Assembly: GCA_013115125.1 (NCBI GenBank)
Contig: JABANN010000122.1
Location: forward strand, 1-64,000
From: Perkinsus olseni
Lineage: Eukaryota
Direction: 5' to 3'
Length of the DNA: 64,000 nt
A model generated the notes under the pieces. It worked only from the letters and a program-made list of their open reading frames with translations, was not told the DNA's origin and did no database searches. The translations under genes were made by a program, and so were the position numbers. This document shows, piece after piece, positions 1 through 12,676 of the stretch (position 1 is its first letter; the number at the start of each line of letters is the position of its first letter).

Positions 1-1723
1 ATCAGCCAGCACAGGTCGGCTTCAGCAGAGGCAGCATCCCAAAATGTTCCGTCGAGGCATCCGAGTCGACGTAATTGATGCACCTCAGCGTGTCGCCGTA
101 ATTGCTATTTTAACAGATATTCGGCCCTGGAGGAGTTTTTCACCTCGCGACCGGAGTATAACACAAGAGTTTTCCTAGCTGGTCAGTCCTATGCTGGTAA
201 GAATATGAGGCCTCACATACGAACCACCTCTCGGCACTCCTCTGGTTGTTGTAGGGCATTACATTCCTCCTCTCGCGGCCAAGCTGACGGAAAGGAACTC
301 CTCTGTGCGGCTCGAAGGCATCTTGCTTGGCAATCCCGATGTTGCACCGGAGATTCAGTACTACAGCAGACGCTAGTCCGGTATAGACTGGGCAGGAACG
401 ATTCGCTTCCCAGGTGGCGTTTCTATCCAGAAATGGCAAGGGCTAATCGTCTCGTCTACGGATACAAGTAATTGATGCCGATGAGCTAGGAGAAACACGG
501 AGTGACGTTGCAGGTACGCGAGACTGAAAGACAACGCTGATGAATGCATGGGACTTGTACGCCAATGCAACCGTGAGGAAGTTGTTGTGAGCAAGGGACC
601 TGGGATAGCGTCAAGGTTGTGGGACTTTTTGGGGCTGCACGGCACTCCTTGCACACGAGCCTGGAGAGTATGTATGAACGGTCTCATCACACCAATAGTC
701 GATGAGGGAATCAGTGTGTAAGTGACCAGCGACAGCCACTTTATTGGAAGGTGGGGGCACGAGCCACTCATTCATCATTTCCAGCCGCCACGTGGACAGA
801 GAGGACAGATCGGGGACTGCCTTGTCGGCCTTCCGAAATGTAAGTAGATAAGTGCCCGCGAACAGCCTTACTTGTTGCATGCAATCTAGATGCCGCTTGA
901 TAAACGCTCGTATCAACTTTTAACCCTCACCAGTCAGGTTGCGAACTTTCTGAGGAAGAGAAGCGTCCGGAAAGTGTTGGGAGTTACTACATCGTGGACC
1001 TTGACGAATATGAAAGTGAGTTGCAAGCCCTCCAAGAGTAACTCATCCCAGCCTCCCCGTGCTTCTCCCATGCACCTTGTCCCTCTAGCGAGCGGCCGTT
1101 CATGTCGAATACCGACGAGCTCCGGAGTTGGCTTTGGAGAGCGACAGGAGTGTACCCTTCTTACAGGTCTTCAACAAGTTCGAGGAGGACAGGCCGCGCA
1201 ACTACCATCATTATTTGCCGAACCTCATCGACCACGGCCTGAGAGTATCCTCCAGGAATCCGAGAACTTCCTCCTGTATCAGCACCTGCAGGTTCAAATC
1301 ATGGTTGGTGATCGTGACTACCTCTGTAACTGGATGGGCAATAAAGCATGGACGATGGAACTGAACTGGAGAGGAGCGCACGAGTTTCGGAAGGCCGAAG
1401 TTGTCGATTATCATGTGAGTAGCCGAAAGCTTCACGCTCGAACATCTCGAAGCGGAGGTGCAGTGCCGGCAGATGTGCGTACTCTTAGTTTTAGGACGCA
1501 TATTCCATTGGAGAGCTGAGGAGCTACACTCTCCCGGACACCGGAGGTCAACTCACTTTCATACGGGTACCTGGCTGGCGTTCGCCGGCGACACGGAACG
1601 TTCGTGATGGGTGGTCTCACTAAGTCCGGTCAGGTGTACGGTGCTGGACACGATGTTGCGAAGGACGTCCCTCGATCAGTCCTTAAGATGGTTGATGATT
1701 TCTTGAACAATAAGTTACGCTGA
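1..1723 (+). CDS. Serine carboxypeptidase, family S10 (5'-partial, multi-exon)
   Basis: Exons give FLAGQSYAG|HYIPPLAAKL...LEGILLGNP (catalytic Ser motif), MVGDRDYLCNWMGNKAW (catalytic Asp) and VYGAGHDV (catalytic His); stop TGA 1721-1723. Confidence 0.9.
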
Positions 1724-3057
1724 AGCCAAACAAGGGCTGCTGAGTAACTGCTACTGAAGATTGTCTGAGAACATGCGAATTCGCGGAGCATACGAGGGAG
1801 TACCTGTTGTCGTGGCATGGAGAAGGCTTTGAATATTCACGGCTACACCACCTAGACCCTCACATTCCTCGACGATTGAATTGGTCCATGCCGGTGGTTG
1901 ATGTCGTGCAATGGCACTTGTCACACGTAATTCATTCACAGCCTTTAGTGACAGTGACGGTTGGCCTTCAGTGGCACTTGGCCGCACGTCGCTGAGAGGT
2001 AAATGAAGCGAAAAACCGCGCTGCAGGTCCCATTTAGCTGCAGCGTGGCATACAAGCGATGGCTCCACAGAATGCGCCCGGTTAAGCCTACAGCCCTCCA
2101 AATAAATTTGGAATATCGTGATTTTCTCGCCGCCAGCTCCAACTGGGACGAGTTACGAAACGAAATTCATAGAGATACCTTCTAGGACCCGACCGAGTAT
2201 AACCCAAAGTTTCAGACCACAACTCTTAATGGGTGCCGAGATCTCGGAGGGTCCCTCGAAAAATGTGCCAAATAATTTTGGAATACACGGCTGGAAATTT
2301 GGGAGGAAATACCAGTTTTTACTCAGTAAGTACCTCAAGTATTAATCTTCCGGTTCATTGCAGCACACCGATGGAAAGAGCGTCTTTCCAATACCTATCC
2401 ACCTAACTTTCATCACAATTCTCTGAGTTGTCTACTTGAGATTCGTCTTCGTAGAACAAAATCTCAGAAACGCGGCATATTTGGCTGTGAAAGGCCTATA
2501 TTAGCGGGTTCTTGCAGTCAAGGCCGCCCACAACACTCTGGCTTTCGATGACCGTGACGAAAGTTAGGTGGATAGGTCGTTTTGAACTTCATTATCATAT
2601 TGTAATGCGCCGTGAGTGACTTCGTTCGAGGACTGAAGGAGGCGTGAACTTTAATCCCTAGGGCCGTAGCGGATTGCTCGTGGATATCGAGACAACGTAG
2701 GCAATGAATGTACTCGTGACAACCAGAATGAAGGGACAGCGAATGGCACGTACACTGCATTGACAATCGGAAATTCACCTTACTTACGATGAGTTCACAG
2801 GGAGACCCAGTACGGGCCCGAGAGTCCGACAATGGACAACTAAACTAGAAACTCGTTCTGTGGAAGGGGCGACCCTGGCGTTGTGTCGGATGTCTCCTCT
2901 CTTACTAGCAGTGAGGGGGGACTTGAGATATGGGCTGTTGGGAGAGGCTGCGTGACACGATATCAACGAGCACTCAGTTTGGAAGGCCCCTCGGGGTAAC
3001 GTGGCTTGTAATGCAATGGTTGATGTTCAGTCTCCTTTCATTTGAGAATATTCTATC

Positions 3058-4575
3058 ATGCCTCAGTCAGCTGTCAGCCCCGATCGCGTCCGGCTGCTCA
3101 ACCAGCCCGGGACCGGTCTCACAACAACGGGCCCGGTTATCTATTGGATGAGCCGAGAGATCCGTTCTCGTGACAATTGGGCTCTTATTCATGCGCAGAA
3201 TGTGGCCCTTCGGAGCAAGCAGCCTCTGCTCGTCGTTTACAACCTGGCCGTTGGTTACCTTGGTGGTGGTCTTCGACAGCATGCGTTTAAAGTTGGAGGT
3301 TTGAAGGTTTTGGCAGCGAATCTAAGGCAGCTCAAGATTCCTTTCGCGATTGAAACATCTTCGAAGTTCCCAGCTGTCCTCGCGGATATTTCTGAAAAAG
3401 TAGGTTGCAAATATGTTGTTACTGATTTCACTCCTCTTCGTTTGAACAAGGAGTGGGTCGCAGCCTTTACCAAGCATTCCAAGCGGCTCGGCATTCGCTT
3501 TGAGCAAGTTGATGCCCACAATGTTGTTCCGTGTTGGGTCACGTCTGACAAGATGGAGCGCGCCGCTGTTACTATAAGGCCGAAGTTGTGGCATCACTTT
3601 GACGAGTTCTGCACCAAGTACCCTAGGTTGAGAAAACATCCCTATGCACTTGGTGATGATGCTCCCTTCCACACTATTACGGACACGGACATAGACGCCT
3701 TGTTAACGAACGAGGAGATAATTGGAGAGCTTGATGAAACAGTGAAGCCGATTGAGTGGCTAACGCCTGGGGAAGACGCCGGTATCCAACTCGCACTGGA
3801 GTATGTCAAGAATATGCCCAATTACTCGAGCCAACGGAATAATCCGACAAATCCGACTCAGTCCGATTTGAGCCCGTATTTCCACTACGGCTTTGTGAGT
3901 CCACAAAGAGTTATCTACGAGGCTTATAACAATACCGATATCAATGAGGAGGACCGGGACGAATTCGTTGAGCAGTGCATGATCCGAAGGGAGCTGGCGG
4001 ACAACTTCTGCTACTACAATGATCACTACGACAAATTTGAGGGATTTCCGGAATGGGGTCAGCATAGCCTTCGTGCGCATGCAAAAGATGACAGGGACTA
4101 TCTCTACTCGCTGGAGCAACTAGAGAACGCCGACACACACGACAAGCTGTGGAACGCTACTCAGCGCCAGATGGTCGAGACGGGTAAGATACATGGCTAC
4201 ATGCGTATGTACTGGTGTAAGAAGATCCTCGAGTGGACGAATAGCCCTGAGGAAGCTCTAGAGTTCGCCATTTACCTCAATGATAAATACGAGTTGGATG
4301 GTCGAGACCCCAATGGATACGTTGGTATCGCTTGGTGCATTGGTGGCCGTCATGATCGTCCATTTGCCGAGAGAAATGTATTTGGAGTTATCCGCTATAT
4401 GAGCTATAATGGCTGCCGAGGGAAGTTCGATATTAACAAATATATGAGAATAGCAGGCTCGGCTGAGGGTCACAGAGTGGGGAAAATGTGGGCAGCTATG
4501 CATCAGGATGGCACGGAGGAAGAAGGATTCTGGGAAAGCCTGAGTGAAGAGGAACGACGGATGAAAGGCTGCTGA
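3058..4575 (+). CDS. phr: Class II CPD photolyase (intronless, 505 aa)
   Basis: GPVIYWMSR..DNWAL, QVDAHNVVP, SDLSPYFHYG, RRELADNFC, IHGYMRMYWCKKILEW, YELDGRDPNGYVG are class II photolyase motifs. Confidence 0.95.
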   Translation: MPQSAVSPDRVRLLNQPGTGLTTTGPVIYWMSREIRSRDNWALIHAQNVALRSKQPLLVVYNLAVGYLGGGLRQHAFKVGGLKVLAANLRQLKIPFAIETSSKFPAVLADISEKVGCKYVVTDFTPLRLNKEWVAAFTKHSKRLGIRFEQVDAHNVVPCWVTSDKMERAAVTIRPKLWHHFDEFCTKYPRLRKHPYALGDDAPFHTITDTDIDALLTNEEIIGELDETVKPIEWLTPGEDAGIQLALEYVKNMPNYSSQRNNPTNPTQSDLSPYFHYGFVSPQRVIYEAYNNTDINEEDRDEFVEQCMIRRELADNFCYYNDHYDKFEGFPEWGQHSLRAHAKDDRDYLYSLEQLENADTHDKLWNATQRQMVETGKIHGYMRMYWCKKILEWTNSPEEALEFAIYLNDKYELDGRDPNGYVGIAWCIGGRHDRPFAERNVFGVIRYMSYNGCRGKFDINKYMRIAGSAEGHRVGKMWAAMHQDGTEEEGFWESLSEEERRMKGC

Positions 4576-4728
4576 GTATTCTGATCTCTTGTGCCTAAAG
4601 TTTTTCAATTTTCTTCTTCGTGTGGATGTTATGTTGTAACAGTACTTGGTGGTCGACAGCGCCTTGCTTTACGATATCTTCGCGAATATGCGCCGAAGGT
4701 GGGCGCGTTTTGCCGCGAAAATATTGCA

Positions 4729-4749
4729 TACCACTCCTCGTACACATCG
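4729..4749 (+). promoter_or_regulatory. Candidate snRNA-type upstream element of the short U3 copy
   Basis: TACCACTCCT...ACATC begins 57 nt upstream of the U3-like start; the same motif begins 56 nt upstream of the full U3 copy. Confidence 0.55.
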
Positions 4750-4785
4750 TGTCTGCATCAGGGTGTCTCCAGGCCATAATGGTTT

Positions 4786-4896
4786 GTCGACTGTACTCGA
4801 ACAGGATCACTTATGTAGTGATTTCCTTTCGTTCACAAGAGTACTTTTGACAAAACCCTAAACCGTGCTGAGGGGTGTGGGTATTGCTGAGCGGTT
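4786..4896 (+). pseudogene. Internally deleted U3 snoRNA copy (mini-U3 or pseudogene)
   Basis: First ~85 nt match the 42132-42323 copy with 3 substitutions; about 81 nt including the B/C region are missing; box C' reads GTGCTGA; box D CTGA and the AACCG/CGGTT terminal stem are kept. Confidence 0.8.
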
Positions 4897-5479
4897 AACC
4901 ATGAACAATACAATAATTTCTAGGGGATTGTATGTGCTTTTGGTAGCCCTCCTCGTCTTTGTTGCACCTCTTTGGCCGTGTTTTGCTTTTAACAAGTGTC
5001 TTGCAGGGTGAAGTGGATAATTTTTCGGTCGTGTTACGTTGTGAGAATCTGAGTGACCTGAATCAAGTGAGTTGTCGACCGAGATAACCGTGGAAAGCCG
5101 CCCTTGGACAACGTGACTTGGGATTGTACATGTCACCGAATATTATTGGGTGTTGTTGATCCTCTCAACCTCACGCATCGATACAACATGCTTCTGCATG
5201 CTCCCTGCTTCGCACATGCGGGTAATATCGCACTAGTTGACGCAACTTATAATGGATTGAAAAGCATCGAATTATTCGTCAGAAGATAAATGTCATCGGA
5301 TAAAGGAAGAAAACTAAGATAGCTGACATGGTGGCGAACTGTATAATGGGGAGAAAGAAAAGGAGAGGGTCTCACTCCGCAGCCGTAGTCGTGTCTTCCG
5401 CGGAGCTGTTTTCGCAGTGCTGCAGGCAATCAACATCCATTGGAGTGTCTGAGGACGACCTAGGCTGATAATTTGACAG

Positions 5480-6200
5480 GCAATCGGCAAATTCGCTAAA
5501 CCCACTCGGCGATGGACTGCCGCAGGATTTCCAGAGGAGCAGGACGGCGCCCCCAGCGAAACTACACGAGCCTCCCAGGAGAAAGCTCGCGCTATCCGAC
5601 CCAGCAGCAGTATTGAGGGGACCCCCAACGAGAGAGAGCAGCAGCTGCGGAATGCACACCGCGACGTTGAGTACCTGGCGGCAATGCGCAACTTACCGGA
5701 GAATCAGAGCGGGTCGCACGCACATTTCATGCACAACGTGGATCATGGATTCTCGACTCGGTGAAGTATTAGTAGGGAACAAGATGGGCTAAGTCGGCGA
5801 TGGGCTATTGTTACCAAACTTCAACAGGTATAGGATGCTCGCGAAGGACTTTCCCACTTACCCCCATCATCGCACCACCGCCCTCATCCTCTCCCGAAGG
5901 ATGCTCACTCTCAGCTTCAGACGAGGCCACATGAGAAATCGAGGCCACGAGCGCGTAAGGTACGGAGCACGTTACGGCGTACCTATCCTGAAATGCCCAA
6001 CAACGGCCGCTTTCACTTACATCGGGCCAACGGCAGCCAGCCACGTCTGAGTCGCAACCGCACCCACTCCCACATGCTTCAGAAGAGGAGCCATGCTCAA
6101 GACAGCACCAAGGAGCAGGCAAGAGACTCCCCACAAGGGGTAAGTCGACCGACAATCCCTTCGCAGGACTACTGTCAGTATCTGTACCACAGAGGTGGGA
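5480..6200 (+). CDS. Possible multi-exon hypothetical gene or degenerate gene
   Basis: Open stretches bounded by splice-like sites (tttgacag 5479, gtaagg 5955, gtaagt 6141); no recognisable domain. Confidence 0.2.
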
Positions 6201-9200
6201 GTGAATGCAATAAGAGGCAACTAATCACGGCATTGGCTACCAATCCAGAAATCCCGGAGAGTATCGCAGCACCGAGCATCCCACCAGCAGCGACGTGCAT
6301 CGCCTCTTCATATCTACCATAGTATCATACACGTAATCCCGGGGCTCAGCGCTCCTACTCCGGACCGCTCTCCCCGCCATTCAGGAGTTCCACCGCTGCA
6401 AAGTGCGATTGATAAATTTGCGAGGCAAACCATCCCGTCCACGAGAGAAGGGTAGCGACCTGCCGAAAATGTGCTGGTGGATCGAAGATCGAGGCGACCT
6501 ACATAAATGAGGGTGTAGTCTGAGGGCAAGGCTCGGAAGTCCACGCAGCAAAGCTTCAGAGGGTTCGATAGGATACTTCGGACTGATATCCTGTATCGAG
6601 CGATGTGCTGAACCTCTCGGCCCGCCACGCCTGAATGTCAAAGCATGATGAGGGCAAGCAGTTGTCAGAGACGACCCTCGTGCATCACCACGCGGGACGC
6701 AAGAATTCGTCCAACACGGAAAATATCACACCTCAAGCAAGCCAATTACCGGAGCATGTTTCCTCCGGTTCACACCATCGATGGGTTGCCAAAAAAGCGA
6801 GTCAAAATATGCCACCACTTCAAGCTCGACGACTCCCGGGGTACAACCCACCCACGGCGTTCTATCACACGGTCGATAGTGGCGATGCGAGGCGCTGCCG
6901 CTCGACTAACTGGACTAGTGAGTAGAACGCTGAATCGAAAACTACGGCAAAGCCTCCCAGGATCAGGGAACTTCCGACGGAGCCACCGCACACTACACCT
7001 TTTCCCGAGCAAATAAAAAGTTTTTTCGTGTGATTTAAACGATTTCGATAGCAATAAAGCGAGTGTCATTGGAATTAAAGAATTCTCAAAACAAATTCGT
7101 TTTGTCGACCAAATTAAATTTATGAGCAAATTCGATTTAACACGCGCCATTCTATTTAAATAGATTTTGATCCAATTGCGCTATCAGCAGAATGCTAATG
7201 CATTCTGCTACTACGACCTCCTTCCTGGAACTTGAGCATACTGTATACTCTAAGCTCATGAAACACCGGAGAGCTCTAAAGCTGTCATTTCTTGTCAACG
7301 AGAACCATGCTTCAATGATTCGAATTGGAGGAGCGCTGCCACGTGCGAGATGCCGGAGCTACTCTATGAATTACAGTATATACCATATCGCATGTTGACC
7401 TCGGCGAATGTTGTGCCTTAGAAGGCCGACGCCATTGGCGTAAATCATAGAGGCAAAAGCTACGGTATAAAAATATCCCGACGAGGTACGCAATGAACAA
7501 CGAGGATACGCACAGGTTCGCGCGCTCCCTTCAATTTAGAACTCCTGTAGAGTATTTCAAATTGCATGGAAAGTGAGATTCAATTTGCGTGGCATGAGTC
7601 TTTTAAACTTGCTAAAGTATTTAAGGTGGATGAAAAATATTTTAAAATAAAATTAGGTTTCCCATACTCTTTTAAATCAAATGAAAAAATGTTTAATTTG
7701 CTTGGGCAAACTTACACCTTTAAGGTGTGGAATACTCGCGCACACCAGGACCGCAGCATCCTACTCACATGCGATGGAGACTGTAAGCGCCACTACCAAT
7801 ATATTGACACTGAAGGCAGATCGAAGGTCATAGCACCCAGCCACGTACTCGGCCGGACCTATGACAGGGGAGGGCTACAGAAGGGAGGGAACTGGGACGA
7901 TGGACTACACTGATTCTGTTGGTGAGTGAGGGCGCACTCTCTCGGGCAGGCCACTGAGAGATCAACTCCCATGAAGGCGAGCAACGGGGAGGCCACGCTC
8001 CAGGAGGCCCCATCAGATGCCCACACTCGGACTGATGCCCATGATAGACGACAACAGAAGTAACTGACCACCATTGACGATACTCAGTTGGCCGACTGAG
8101 AGGAGACCCTACCCAGAGATCATTCCTAGAGCCCACCAGCACTGCTGAAAGCTGTACGCCAGGGACAGCTGGGAGTCCGGTACGGTGTCTGATATGAGAG
8201 CTCGGAAGACCACCGCTAGTACCTGTTCACAGACGACAGTCGAACGAAGCAAATTACAGTTAGAAGCGTCCAGCTCCTCCTATCGGAAACAACAGGTGAA
8301 GGGCGAATGAATAGAGTAACGGCCTTCCTTCTGGCTGATGGTCTGAGTTATTTTGAGTTGAGATATCATACTATATACGGCGTATATTATACGCGACGAT
8401 GTCCAACTAGGATCAACATCTACAGGCAGACCTTGGACGAACCTCACGGGCTGTCTCGGTGCGAGGGGGCAACAACCGCTACGACCGTATTCTGGTTATA
8501 CATTGGGGATTACGCGACCGCCCCACTCAGACGGACACGACTGACTTACGTTGTTCGAAGCGTCAAATAACCAAAAAGAAAATACAAATATGAGAGTAGC
8601 CCATCGATGGTCCGCCCCCCGGTCACCCAGGAGAACACCGAGGTCTAATGACCATGCTATCAAGAATAATGATATCAATAGCACTATGGTGCCACCAAGA
8701 GCGTATCTAAGGTCGAGCATGGCAAGAGACAGAATGACCTGGCTGGCATTACGGACGCCGTCGCCCCCATTTGTTTTGGCATTGGTCGCTGAGTCTGCCG
8801 ACCAAGGGTTGGACGATCATACCAGTAACAGGCCCACACAGCCATAGATACGACGACATCGTCTCCGAGATCCCTGAGGAGGAAGGGTAGAGCGTGCGGA
8901 AGAGGAGGAGGGCTCATTACCGAGCTTCATCCCAAAGGGCGTCAATAATGCAAACTGGAGGGCGAACCCGAATGATACACCGAAGGGCCCAAGCGTGAGA
9001 AGGAGAATCCACCTGAGGGGTACCGATCTAAGACATGCTGACTACTCAATCCGCGTTGAGGGAGATTGACACTACTCAAGGCATCGGCGACGGCGTTCAA
9101 TCACCGCGGGATGGAATCGGAATTTGCTCTCACCACAACGGTCGTCGGCTCCTATCGACTGCCATCTCATCATCATCGGTCATCTCTCTGTATTGTGCCG

Positions 9201-9293
9201 TGAGGCAGCAGCTCATGAATACTGAGGAGGCCACCACCGTGGGGGGAACTTCAACACAATAACATCGCTAACCGTCATTGGAAACAATTCTCA

Positions 9294-10583
9294 TCACATG
9301 AGCTCATCACAATACCAACAACAACCTCTACCAGCAGAGTCCTTCATCATCGCCGGGATGACCTCCCTCTGCCCATTCACCTCATTGGACACGCATCGCG
9401 GGTTGCCGCATCTTCTGTCGGTGTCGAACTGAACCTCGACCTTCGGTGGCCCCGCAGCCGCTATGCCACGCAGGAGGACGATACGCAAGAAGTAACCGTT
9501 ACGGCTCTGTTCGTCCCACCCGTTGAGGTCGGTGTCGTCGATCTCGAAGGGGATGGTGGGGAACCGGGAGTCCCGAGGGAGAGGGTGGAAAAACTTACAA
9601 CCATCGGGGAGCTTTCCCATCATCGTAGTCGCATCAAAGCTGACCGCGCGCCACAAAATTGCCGACTTCTCACGCTGATCATCAGTCATTCGCTCCAACT
9701 GCAATCGAGTAAAGTACCATATTTTGGCGACATCGTCCTGATCAAGGTACTCATCAAGAGAAGGAAACTGCCGCACATCATAGCCAAGTGACCTCATCCT
9801 CTCAGTGTAGAACTCAGGCATGCCGAGCTCTCCCGGTGCTATCAGATCGACTTTGACGTTATCGAACACTCGAAGGCCGTTCACTTTAGAATGAACCGTC
9901 CTGCCGTTTTTGAGATCGCCGATGAGGGCGACATGAATCGCTTGGAAGTCGTATGGTTCGATACCGATCGGCGAGTACCCTCCCGAAGGACTCCCCCCTG
10001 CTTCGCGGTTGAGTCTCTTGATGCTCTCCACGAAGGTAAGTTGATCCAACAGCTCTTGCGTCGGGTGCTCATGAGACCCATCACCGGCATTGATGAAGAT
10101 CGGCTTCTTTATGCCGTGTAACCGGGCGTACTTGGCCATAGCGAACTCGAGCCACCGGCAAACACCCTCCAGTTTGGATCGGATGACGAAGGTTGTTCGA
10201 CCCGCTGGAGAGTAGCCGATGAGCATCTTTATCGTGTCCGTGATGGTCTCGGATTTGAGGAAGCTACTCGTTTGACAGTCGAAGATGTTAACCTTCACGT
10301 CATGGAACTTGGCGGCGTTCAAAAAAGATTCCTTCGTCCTTGTTGAGTTCTCCATGAAAATCGAATACACGCAGGATTGTGGGTCGTCAACCTGAACGAA
10401 TCACGCACAGTCAAAGATACGCATCAACGTATCTTTTCATCATGCTTGACCTACACGGAATCCGGTCCTGAGAACATCCACAGGATCCGAAAAGACTTCC
10501 TTGAGCTTCATAGCATCAGCGAGGATACGTCTCCTCTCGTCCACGGACAAGTCATCGATAACGCAGAGACTCCGAGGGTCCAT
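9294..10583 (-). CDS. pyrB: Aspartate carbamoyltransferase with C-terminal PyrI-like zinc domain (2 exons, about 408 aa)
   Basis: Exon 1 10583-10455 (MDPRSLCVIDDLSVDERR...GFR), intron 10454-10392, exon 2 with FMENSTRT, GDGSHEHPTQ, GDLKNGRTVHS, FHPLPR; ends CGNPRC...CWYC. Confidence 0.93.
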
Positions 10584-11303
10584 CCCGAGTAAACGCTGAT
10601 CTCAGCAACAGCAGCAACATGACCAATGCTCACGACGTAGTACTTCTAACGAGCACGTGGCCTCTACTGGAATCCCACCCTCCAAGCTGGGCCGCCCAGC
10701 TGTCATTACCATTCGATAGTACATAGCCCCAGCTCCACTGCGTCGCGTAGCAGAGCACAAAGCACACGTATCCTCCTCGCCAAGGCCGAGAGGATGAGTG
10801 TCGGGCTGGTATGCGATCTTGCGTACAATCGATCAGAATGGCGCGCGCGTAATTCATCGCCTGAAACTCAGCTTTTTTAGTCAGCGCTGCTTCACGGGAG
10901 GACTACTAGAAGCTTCGAGACCCGTATCTTCCGACGTTTTGCTATCCTCTCAGGTCAAGCTCACATCGCTCCCAGGGGACACTAGGGGATTGTGGCAGGT
11001 CTGTTGGTGGCCTCACTCGCGACCTCTATTGTATCTTACTCGAATCAACCTATAGATATGTCTCTGCGTGAAACTGCGCCGAAGTGAGCTTTAGTTAGGC
11101 TGTGTCGTGTCGTGCCACATTTTGGTCTTGAGTAGCAGCGGCACGGCGCGTGGGTGTGGAGTTACGTGAATGGTGGAATCTCGTGGAAGAGTATCTTAAC
11201 CAACATGCATGTCATATACAGAATAAGTTGAAATGATCTGACAGTTTTCGTAGTGTGAAGCGTCGCAAGTAATATCGCGTCAGTTTTCTTTTCCTCCAGT
11301 GCT

Positions 11304-11674
11304 ATGTCCTGCAAGTCCGGTTGCGCTAGCTTCTGCGCCATTCTCTCTGCTGGTAAGAGTGCAGCAGCACAACAGCAGCCCTTCGTGGCGTTGTCAATTA
11401 CCTTCCCTTCAGTTGCCGTACCGGTGCTCGTCTACTTCGCCCTTCTGTGCGGTTCCGGCTCTCGCTTGATTGAGGTTGCCGACAAGAAGAAGCCTTCTGC
11501 CGCTGTCGGATGCTGGATCGCTGCCGCCCTGTAAGTCGTCACCTCTAGCCCCGACTATCTTGACTTATCTCTGATAGTTATGCGTTGACGTTCATTGGTT
11601 GCTACGCCTACAAGAAGAAGCTCAACCGTCAAGAGAAGGCCCAAGCCGCTGCCAACTACCAATTGGCCGAGTAA
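11304..11674 (+). CDS. RNase kappa / V-ATPase subunit f-like small two-TM protein (3 exons)
   Basis: Spliced MSCKSGCASFCAILSA|VAVPVLVYFALL...LIE...GCWIAAAL|YALTFIGC...QLAE*; resembles the RNASEK pattern C..LSA, LIE, C.IAA.LY. Confidence 0.7.
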
Positions 11675-12286
11675 CCACTGTTGTTAAGTTCATCATCATG
11701 CAGAAAGACAGCGACGCTTCCACCACTAGTGCAGCAGCAGTTCTAGTACTAGAACCAATAGTTGGCGAATGCTGTTGTACTAGTATCCACCCCAAGGCCA
11801 TCACTCAACCTCAGTAGTAAGTCTTATCACCATCATCTCAACGCTTTCTGACCTCGTTTCTTCTCAGTTGTTCGTCCCCGAGTTGGTTCACAACGTGACG
11901 TATTTTCTGTGGACGTTGCGTTCAGCTGCTGCATATTTGCGCTGATATTACCCCGGTGATTCCGTGGTCTTATCTACAGCCTCTCGAGGTCTAGCACCGA
12001 TGAATCGTCCTTAATGGGATTATCGTCAGTGTTGGGCCTCCCCCTATCGAGCTAAACTGGAGTTCAGTCGATCTCCCTTGCTGTGGCAGTCGCTTGGTTT
12101 TTTATACATTTGCGTGCAATCCTCCTACTGTGTTGTATTTGTCAATTACACCAAGGGCGAGATCATCCGTCCCACAGTTGTTTGATACATTCACCCACTT
12201 CGACTCACTTCCATTGACACAGTCCTCTCATGTGAGCAGCTTCAAGTAACTTCTTCGAGGAGATCCACCGTAGGTACTTCCCCGAT

Positions 12287-12676
12287 TTGGATCGCCTTCT
12301 AGCCCTCACTACAAACCCTCATTACTTCCCTGTCGCAACGAAAGTGAAGGAATTGGTCGCCTCTAACAGCCCTGCTAAAGTTGATGTCACCAACGAGGAC
12401 TACATACTCAGTCTATCGGAGATGCAACGGTCGAGCTGCTGCAGCGCCGATTCTGACACCTCTAGCTGTCAAGATACCGCCAGCGTAGATTCAGAATTAG
12501 TGTACGAGTTCGGCCTCGCTATAGAGGAGTGTCTCGAGATGTGCGCACGTTGGGGCCTCGAGGAGATCACCAACTTGTCCGAGGCAGCAGAGAGCGACGC
12601 GTCCGAAGATCCCTGGGTGATTCTACCCGAGTCGAATGAAGGTGAAGATTTTGTTATCGTAGCCGATGGGAACTGA
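12287..12676 (+). CDS. Hypothetical acidic protein (start uncertain)
   Basis: 129-aa open frame with protein-like acidic composition; no motif recognised. Confidence 0.4.
   Translation: MDRLLALTTNPHYFPVATKVKELVASNSPAKVDVTNEDYILSLSEMQRSSCCSADSDTSSCQDTASVDSELVYEFGLAIEECLEMCARWGLEEITNLSEAAESDASEDPWVILPESNEGEDFVIVADGN

Noticed and set aside
2099-2285. Direct repeat caaataaWttttggaata-like 17-mer at about 2099 and 2269
   Set aside because: A single short AT-rich pair with no other element features.
7566-9262. Assorted short ORFs as a retrotransposon remnant
   Set aside because: No RT, integrase, gag or transposase motif recognised.
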